Below, piece by piece: positions 60,909 through 64,000 of a stretch of 64,000 bases of DNA; position 1 is the first letter of the stretch; each line of letters begins with the position of its first letter. The notes below the pieces were generated by a model. It was not told the origin of the DNA and made no database searches. It saw only the letters and a list, made by a program, of their open reading frames with translations. Location: the NCBI GenBank assembly GCA_963790475.1, contig CAWBOS010000012.1, forward strand, positions 64,001 to 128,000, in the 5' to 3' direction. The position numbers were made by a program, and so were the translations under genes. This stretch comes from an uncultured delta proteobacterium (lineage in GTDB: Bacteria; Desulfobacterota; RBG-13-43-22).

Positions 60909-62252
60909 GGGTCTGTTGCCCAAATCCTCAGTTAACCGCGATGTAAGTCAAAAAAATTGCGGTAAGATTAAAATAACTATTTGATATGTTTAATTATTAT
61001 TATATAATAGTCTCATCTTTAATCAAGAGGTTTTGCATCATGATGGGTTATGAATCTAAAGAGAATCAGGAAAAGTTATTTTACTATGGCTTTCACCTTG
61101 AACAAAGGGTGCGACCAGATCATCCCTAAGAAAGATTGCCGAACTCATAGACTTTGATTTTATCTACAATGAAGTTAAGGAAAGCTGTTTATGGATTCGA
61201 GCCTGATCCAGGCCGATGCTTCTAATGATTCGGTAGTGAATCGGGAATCTTTGAAACGGTATCTGAACCGAAGCTATCAGAAGTTGGAAGCCCGGTTAGA
61301 GGGACAACCGTCTGAGGGACTGCCGGGAGCCGTTAATCAGCGTTATATCTCCACGACCGATCCGGAAGCCTCGGTCGTCCGCCAAGGAGGAGGGAATCCC
61401 AAGTTGAGCTACAAGGTTCACCGAGCGGTGGATGGCCAAGCGGAAGTGGTTACGGCTACCGAAGTAACCCCGGGACAGGTCAATGAAGCCCATCGTTTAT
61501 CGACCTTGATAGAGCAGCATCAGGAGAATACGGAAAAGGCGGTCGAGACGGTGGTAGCTGATAGCAAGTATGGGACGGTGGAAAACTTTTTGCATTGCCA
61601 TGATCGTAAAATAGCCGCCCATATTCCGGATCTTAAAGGACAACAGGAAAAATCCGGCAGCCGAGCGGGTATCTTTAACGAGGAAGATTTTATTTATGAT
61701 GCCCAGACCGACACCTACCGGTGTCCTGCCGGGCAACGGTTAGAGCTTCGACGTTATTACCCTCAACGCCGGGCCTTGGAGTATGTTTGTGCCCGAAAGG
61801 TTTTTCACTCTTGTTCGCTTAAAGACCAATGTACCCGTTCCCGAACCGGGCGGTCCATCAAACGACATCTCCGGCAGGAAGATCTCAGCCAGTATGAGAG
61901 CCAAGGAAGGGTCCTCTGATTCGAAGAAAGATCTTAAGATGCGTCAGCATCTCCTGGAACGAAGTTTTGCCCAAGCGACCCGTTATGGATTTAAACGGGC
62001 CAGGTGGATAAATCTTTGGAGAGTCCAGATTCAGGAATACCTGACGGATTCCCTACAGAACATTCTACTCCTGATTCATCATGTCAAAGAACAAAGGCCG
62101 GCAGGGGCCAATAGGAGCTTGAAAGTAAATCCGAAAAGGTTATTAATCCGTCTGGCCAATTGTTTTTGGGGAGAATTTCCTTTTAGCTACCTTCCCAAGT
62201 CAGTTCTTGCTAACCCTTATGATTCTTAAATTAGATTTTGAGCAACAGACCC
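60909..62252 (+). mobile_element. IS1182-family element with an internally deleted, frameshifted transposase
   Basis: Inverted ends GGGTCTGTTGCCCAAA / TTTGAGCAACAGACCC; fragments DHPLRKI, DSSLIQADAS, STTDPEA, VADSKYG, CPAG, ERSFA. Confidence 0.88.
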
Positions 62253-62322
62253 TATAGACCCCCACCCCCGGAATTATCATTCCGGGATGAGAACTATACT
62301 TACCGAGATCTCCTAATCTTAT

Positions 62323-62850
62323 TTATCTGTGGTCTCTATCACCGTGCCCGCCAGGACCCCTGTGTTCACGAGGGCCACCATCATGCCAACCAGGTCCACC
62401 GTGTCTGCCAGGATGATCCCATCCATGGTCATCTCTCCAATGACCGCCTCTCCAATGTCTATCCAGGTCACCGTGATCTATGGGGTGATGATTCCAAGGA
62501 CGTCCGTACCACATGTGGTTTCTATAATTATCCCTCCAGTCATGAGGTACCCCTCTATACCAGCCTGGATAACCCCGATAAAAAACCCATCCACGGTCAT
62601 AATATCTTGAGCGATACCAACGATTATCCCAATGTCTCCACCACCAGCCTTGTCGGAAGAAGATTTCTGCTTCCACATCGGGGACTCCATAGACATCGGT
62701 TCCGGGCAATACAACCACAGGAGGTGGCGCAATAAAGGGAATTGGGGGGGGTAAAGGAATGTTTACATGAACATCAACCCGGGCCATTGATACACCAGGG
62801 AACACAGTTATCACCGCTAAAAGAAGTGCACCCCATAATAACTTTTTCAT
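62323..62850 (-). CDS. Secreted Pro/Trp/Arg/His-rich protein (WxxGxW-repeat-like)
   Basis: Signal peptide MKKLLW...SMA, PPPVVVLPGT, GWWWR, Gly/His-rich tail; GGAGG RBS. Confidence 0.75.
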   Translation of the reverse strand: MKKLLWGALLLAVITVFPGVSMARVDVHVNIPLPPPIPFIAPPPVVVLPGTDVYGVPDVEAEIFFRQGWWWRHWDNRWYRSRYYDRGWVFYRGYPGWYRGVPHDWRDNYRNHMWYGRPWNHHPIDHGDLDRHWRGGHWRDDHGWDHPGRHGGPGWHDGGPREHRGPGGHGDRDHR

Positions 62851-62892
62851 TATCTTATCCTCCATGCAAAAGGTTTTTATCCATATTTAAAT

Positions 62893-62922
62893 AAAAAACC
62901 CCACTTGCGAGAAATGGGGTCT
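62893..62922 (-). terminator. Intrinsic terminator inside the 5' leader of the 62850 gene
   Basis: AGACCCCATTT-CTCGC-AAGTGGGG-T6. Confidence 0.65.
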
Positions 62923-63236
62923 ATTATTCTTCCATCGACACTCCTTAGGTAAGGGTTGCCATCAGAAAAGCTCGTTAATTCATTAATTTTTTCTAACCCT
63001 TAATCGCTAAAAAGTCAAATTGATTTTGTTTACTAAGGTTTGGGCTCTTCGATTCTATTCAAAAGGAAGGATTGAATCATTGTTTGATAGAACTTGCTTT
63101 TTGCTGGGAAGTGTATAAAAAAAGAAAAGGACCGGACCCAGGAGACCATTGGCTTTTGACTTGTGCCTTATAGGTAATCAACTCAGCCATATCGGACAGG
63201 CGATTTTTCAAAGGATAAATGTATTAGGAACGATCG

Positions 63237-63470
63237 ATGATGATCCCCTACGAAAAACTAAGCCGGGAAGCCTTGGAGGGGCTTATTGAGGAATTTGTTA
63301 CCCGAGAGGGTACTGATTCCGGTTATACCAAGAAATCGCTGGAAGAAAACGTGGAGATGGTGAAGAAGCAACTGAAAAAGGGAGATGCTTTTATTGTTTA
63401 TGATGAGGCCACCCAGACCGCCAACATCGTGTCAAAAAACCATCTTGGACGAGGACAGTCCCTTAATTGA
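63237..63470 (+). CDS. yheU: YheU family protein
   Basis: IPYEKLS.EAL.GLIEEFVTREGTD. Confidence 0.9.
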   Translation: MMIPYEKLSREALEGLIEEFVTREGTDSGYTKKSLEENVEMVKKQLKKGDAFIVYDEATQTANIVSKNHLGRGQSLN

Positions 63471-63673
63471 AGATAATAAGAGCCCCATTAGATAAAGGCA
63501 GTAAGCCAAGGCCTCCCTTTTTAAAGGGCGTCTTATGCAGGCTTTAAAACCTCAAGAGGACCCGAGTAAATAAAAATCTCCATTGGGTGACAGTTCTTGT
63601 TTAGAAAAGATAGGTAATTCAGGGAAAGTGGGATATAAGGGCCGGCCCACACGATCATAGGGGGTAACGTAAC

Positions 63674-64000
63674 ATGGAAGACATCACCGATCATTCTCTC
63701 CACAAGTTCTTCTATCCCGAAAGCGTGGCCCTGATAGGGGCCTCAGCCAACCCCATAAGGCCGAGCTACAATCTCATCGGCAATCAGGTCAAGCTCGGGT
63801 ACCAGGGCCGGATGTACCCGGTACATCCAACGGAAAAGGAGATCCTCGGGGTGAAGACTTACCCGAGGGTCATGGACATCGAGGAGATCGTCGACCTGGC
63901 CGTGATCGCTGTTCCTCATGCTCAGACCCCCAAGATCCTCCGGGAATGCATCGAGAAGGGAATCCGGAGGGTGGTCCTGGTCGCCGGCGGCTTCTCCGAG
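63674..64000 (+). CDS. Acetate-CoA ligase (ADP-forming) family, CoA-binding domain; partial
   Basis: Hand translation: MEDITDHSLHKFFYPESVALIGAS...YPVHP...VDLAVIAVP...AGGFSE; runs off the window. Confidence 0.88.
   Translation, partial: MEDITDHSLHKFFYPESVALIGASANPIRPSYNLIGNQVKLGYQGRMYPVHPTEKEILGVKTYPRVMDIEEIVDLAVIAVPHAQTPKILRECIEKGIRRVVLVAGGFSE

Noticed and set aside
1-64000. tRNA or rRNA genes
   Set aside because: None recognised by eye; a tRNAscan-SE/Infernal run would settle it.

Overview
A 64 kb chromosomal window from a sulfate/sulfite-reducing Desulfobacterota-type bacterium (taxonomy inferred from gene content). Core energy loci are a Wood-Ljungdahl carbonyl-branch operon (acsD-cooS-acsB-acsC-acsE, 10.2-18.7 kb) and a reductive-type dsr locus (dsrABDNCTMKJOP, 28.9-39.5 kb). 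A co-oriented five-gene YcaO-TPR module precedes the dsr locus and an archease-rtcB pair follows it. Three observations stand out. (1) A tightly coupled island at the left edge (1-4226, running off the window) encodes an amino-DNA methyltransferase, a 2-TM protein with a PLD-like/DUF5919-type domain, a beta-RFAP-synthase/C-glycoside-synthase-like GHMP enzyme and a HAM1/ITPase-NMP-kinase fusion that is missing from the ORF track. It looks like a candidate nucleotide-based anti-phage system that I do not recognise as described. (2) rtcB is split by an in-frame UGA exactly at the metal-binding Cys and is followed by a SECIS-like hairpin, so it probably encodes a selenoprotein RNA ligase. (3) The YcaO-TPR module beside dsrA may be a Dsr modification or maturation system. 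The window also holds several frameshifted or deleted genes, two copies of a ~142 bp MITE, an IS1182 remnant and heptamer-repeat hairpins. All family calls come from motif recognition by eye; no database search was run.
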